From assembly GCA_965215185.1 (NCBI GenBank), contig OZ244034.1:1088001-1152000 (forward strand): a stretch of DNA of 64,000 nucleotides, in the 5' to 3' direction. The notes below the pieces were generated by a model, which saw nothing but the letters and a program-made list of their open reading frames with translations, was not told where the DNA came from and did not search any database. The position numbers and the translations under genes were made by a program. The stretch is from Acidimicrobiia bacterium (GTDB taxonomy: Bacteria; Actinomycetota; Acidimicrobiia; Spongiisociales; ZC4RG35). Of the stretch, positions 61,232-64,000 are shown piece by piece. Numbering within the stretch: the stretch's first letter is position 1; every line of letters starts with the position of its first letter.

Positions 61232-62445
61232 CGCAAGTCGAGGGCGGTGGTCATCGCCTGAAGCTTGAGCCGGGTTTCGGCCAGTTCCTCCTCAGGTAAA
61301 GAGCCCTCAACGATTCCCGCTCCGGCGAACAGGCGAGCTCCGGTGTCTTTCAACTGGGCGCAACGCAGGGCGATGGCCCATTCCCCGTTGTCTGCGGCAT
61401 CGAACCATCCCACCGGACCACCATATCCTGCCCGATCGATCCCTTCCAGACGGCGGATGGCCACCAGCGCCGCCGCTCGCGGGACGCCTCCTACCGCAGC
61501 GGTGGGATGAAGATGCTCCAAGACCTCGAAACATGAAACCTGCTCGTCCAAAACCCCCGTGAACGAGGTGGCCAGATGACGCAAGTTAGCCAGTTCGCGA
61601 AGCGTCGGCACGGTGTCGCGATCCAGTTGGGAGCACACCTGCGCCAATGCTTCTTCCACCGAACGGGCGGTCAACTCGTGCTCACGTCGGTTTTTGTCCG
61701 AGTCGAGCAATTGATCGGCCAGCCGTCGGTCCTGTTCAGGATCGGGATGGCGTGGAGCCGTCCCGGCCAGGGCTACCGATTCCACGTTCCTGTCCTTTTG
61801 GCGAAGCAACAACTCCGGGCTGGCCCCCACCAAGCCTTCCACCAAAAAGGTGAAACATTCCGAGAAAGTGGCGTGGAGCCTTCCCAGAAGCAACCGCACA
61901 TCGAAAGGGGCTTTGCTCCATACCTCCACGTCCCGGGCGAGCACCACCTTTTCAAAACGTCCGGAGTGAATCATTCCCACCGCCTGGGCCACCGACTCCA
62001 TCCACTTCCAATCAGGGTGCGTAGAGCCAAGGTAACGGGGCCGATCAGGCGTTGCCTCTTGGTGAGAGCAGGATTGGAACGAGACAGGATCGATGTCCCC
62101 CACAGTGGTGATCCAGGCGAGACGGCCTTTGCGACCCACGATCACCTCGGGAACCGCCACCACCGATCCCCGAACCTGCGGGTCGAAGGTGAAGGAAGCA
62201 AAGCCGACCGGACCGCTCCCTTCTTCCCGCACCAAATCCTCAAGCTGCGCCCCCGACAGCCAAGTCCGCCAGGCGTCCCGCGCCCGAACATAGCGTCCCT
62301 CGCCGACCCCCGGATCAAATCGCCAAGCCCGACCGTACCCCTCGAGGGAGAAGTCTTCGTTCATCCAGGCAAAGGAGGGGCAGGACAAACGCTTCGGATC
62401 GACGCCGCTCCCGTCGAGGGGACGCGAGCGAATCAGAAAGCTCAC
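61228..62445 (-). CDS. menF: Isochorismate synthase
   Basis: KVVLAR, GASPELL, LAGT, HPTAAVGG, AGAGIV. Confidence 0.9.
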   Translation of the reverse strand: MSFLIRSRPLDGSGVDPKRLSCPSFAWMNEDFSLEGYGRAWRFDPGVGEGRYVRARDAWRTWLSGAQLEDLVREEGSGPVGFASFTFDPQVRGSVVAVPEVIVGRKGRLAWITTVGDIDPVSFQSCSHQEATPDRPRYLGSTHPDWKWMESVAQAVGMIHSGRFEKVVLARDVEVWSKAPFDVRLLLGRLHATFSECFTFLVEGLVGASPELLLRQKDRNVESVALAGTAPRHPDPEQDRRLADQLLDSDKNRREHELTARSVEEALAQVCSQLDRDTVPTLRELANLRHLATSFTGVLDEQVSCFEVLEHLHPTAAVGGVPRAAALVAIRRLEGIDRAGYGGPVGWFDAADNGEWAIALRCAQLKDTGARLFAGAGIVEGSLPEEELAETRLKLQAMTTALDLR

Positions 62446-62942
62446 GGGGCGATAGACTGTTCCAGCCTAGAACGGGCGGTCTGCAGCAGGATCCTGCGGA
62501 AATGGCCGGCCACCAACTCGCCGGTGGCATTCATCATGGTCTGATAGGCATCTAACAGCCGTTCGGATGCCTCGTCCTCTGAGTCAGCAGTGAATTCCAC
62601 CGAATCGCGTACGAATCGCACGAACACCTCCACTGCCCGCACCGCGATGGGACGCATGACCTGATCCACCTGTCCGGCCAACTCCAGCAATTCATCCAGC
62701 GGAACGCCTTCTTCAAGTAGCGTCCTGCCGGCGCGAAGAGCATCAGCGTCTTTGGCGTTGTAGAGCCGGATAGGGTGGGTGCGCTCGGGAATCAGGATTC
62801 CCAGCCGGTCCAAAGCCTCCAACACGATGGCCGAAAGTCCCGAGGCCGCCGAGAGTTGCTCCAAGTCAATAGAGGAGCCACTTTCACCCTGAACCAAAGT
62901 TTCGTAGATCGAACGATCCCAGGGATCGAGTTGGCCGGACAC
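62442..62942 (-). CDS. MerR-like HTH protein
   Basis: LEQLSAASG...LGIL...Y...LLEEGVPL. Confidence 0.65.
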   Translation of the reverse strand: MSGQLDPWDRSIYETLVQGESGSSIDLEQLSAASGLSAIVLEALDRLGILIPERTHPIRLYNAKDADALRAGRTLLEEGVPLDELLELAGQVDQVMRPIAVRAVEVFVRFVRDSVEFTADSEDEASERLLDAYQTMMNATGELVAGHFRRILLQTARSRLEQSIAP

Positions 62943-62967
62943 GAATTCTCAGAACCCGCCCCGGGTT

Positions 62968-63408
62968 TCAGGCGGCACGCTCGAGGTGTCTTCTGACTTG
63001 GTTCTTCAAGGTGGCCACAATCGCTCCCATCCCCCGCAGACGCAGCGGTGAAACTACTTCCTCCAACCCCACCCCGTAATAGAAATCGTCGGGAAGATCC
63101 AGCACCGTCTGAGCGGATTCACCGTCCAGACCCACTGCCAGCAGCCCCGCGTAGCCGCGGATGGTGGGCGATTGGGGGGGTGCATCGAAAAACATCCTTA
63201 CCGTCTGGTCCTCCTCAAGGCGAATGGCCAGAAAGAACGGCGTTTGGCACTCCACTACCTGCTCCAACTGGTCTTTCATCTCACCGCGATACTCCGGGGG
63301 CAATGGTGGAAGGGTACGAGACAAATCCAACAATGCGTGGCCCCGTATGGAGCGGGGAGTGCTCTGCAATAAGGCCAGGATGCGGTCAAGGCGCGCGGGA
63401 AGAGGCAT
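62968..63408 (-). CDS. sufE: SufE-family sulfur acceptor
   Basis: ECQTP, SPTIRG.A, SPLRLRG. Confidence 0.88.
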   Translation of the reverse strand: MPLPARLDRILALLQSTPRSIRGHALLDLSRTLPPLPPEYRGEMKDQLEQVVECQTPFFLAIRLEEDQTVRMFFDAPPQSPTIRGYAGLLAVGLDGESAQTVLDLPDDFYYGVGLEEVVSPLRLRGMGAIVATLKNQVRRHLERAA

Positions 63409-63528
63409 CGCCTTAAGAGTACCACCAACCTGCAGGGGGAATACTGGCGGCTATTGGTGAGGTTAAACACTATTAACATAGGAGTTACTTCTGCTCCTTT
63501 CCCTGCACGTCAACCTGGAGAAACATGC

Positions 63529-64000
63529 ATGTCTGACACTGACACTCCCAAGTTCGCCGCCTACTCAAATCCCGGAATGCTGGTTTCCACCGACTGGCTG
63601 GCTCAGCGGCTGGACGACCCCAAGATAATCCCGGTGGAATCGAACGAGGATCCGTTGCTCTACGACACCGGCCACATCCCGGGGGCGGTCAATCTTGACT
63701 GGCACCTTGACCTGAACCATCCGCTGATCAGGGACTACCTGGACAGTGACGGTTATTCCTCGGTGATGGGAAGTAAGGGAATCAGTCCCGACTCCACATT
63801 GGTTTTCTACGGAGACAACTTCAACTGGTGGGCCACCTATGCGTTGTGGGTGGTATCGCTTTTCGGACATGCAGATATCCGGGTGTTAGACGGAGGGCGT
63901 ATGAAATGGGAAGAGGAGGGCCGCCCCATGACCACTAAGCCCACCGAGCGCCCCACAGCCGAGTACCCGACAACCAGTCGGGACGACAGCCGGATCCGCG
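63529..64000 (+). CDS. Sulfurtransferase (tandem rhodanese, CysA/SseA-like), runs off the window end
   Basis: Manual translation: LVSTDWL...YDTGHIPGA...YGD..NWWA...LDGGR.KW. Confidence 0.9.
   Translation, partial: MSDTDTPKFAAYSNPGMLVSTDWLAQRLDDPKIIPVESNEDPLLYDTGHIPGAVNLDWHLDLNHPLIRDYLDSDGYSSVMGSKGISPDSTLVFYGDNFNWWATYALWVVSLFGHADIRVLDGGRMKWEEEGRPMTTKPTERPTAEYPTTSRDDSRIR

Noticed and set aside
63461-63478. GTTAA-N6-TTAAC palindrome between sufE and the sulfurtransferase
   Set aside because: Too short to support a regulator assignment

Overview
High-GC Actinomycetota-like window (Bpa proteasome activator and SLH fragments; Acidimicrobiia is only an inference). It has two parts. (1) About 1-23.9 kb is a nested graveyard of mobile DNA. 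It holds two intact IS110 recombinases with C-terminal HTH fusions and three bridge-RNA-type left ends whose guide segments match their own insertion flanks. Two of these IS110s were aimed at IS3-family terminal inverted repeats and one at the -35 box of a sibling IS110, giving a four-level nested stack. It also holds an unusual multi-copy element pairing a catalytically degenerate tyrosine-recombinase-like gene with a DDE transposase and a 22-bp-periodic end, plus IS3, ISL3 and IS21 remnants, pseudogenes and cargo (MNT-HEPN-like fusion, K+ channel, MMPL, SLC13, TM2). (2) About 24-64 kb is mostly housekeeping: a his cluster with a TrpR-like regulator and a candidate tandem operator, bpa, a divergent ychF, transporters, a tandem glycine riboswitch with gcvP, paaABCDE with a TetR repressor and palindromic operator, menC/menD/menF, sufE and a sulfurtransferase. 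All calls come from motif recognition by eye; no database searches were run.
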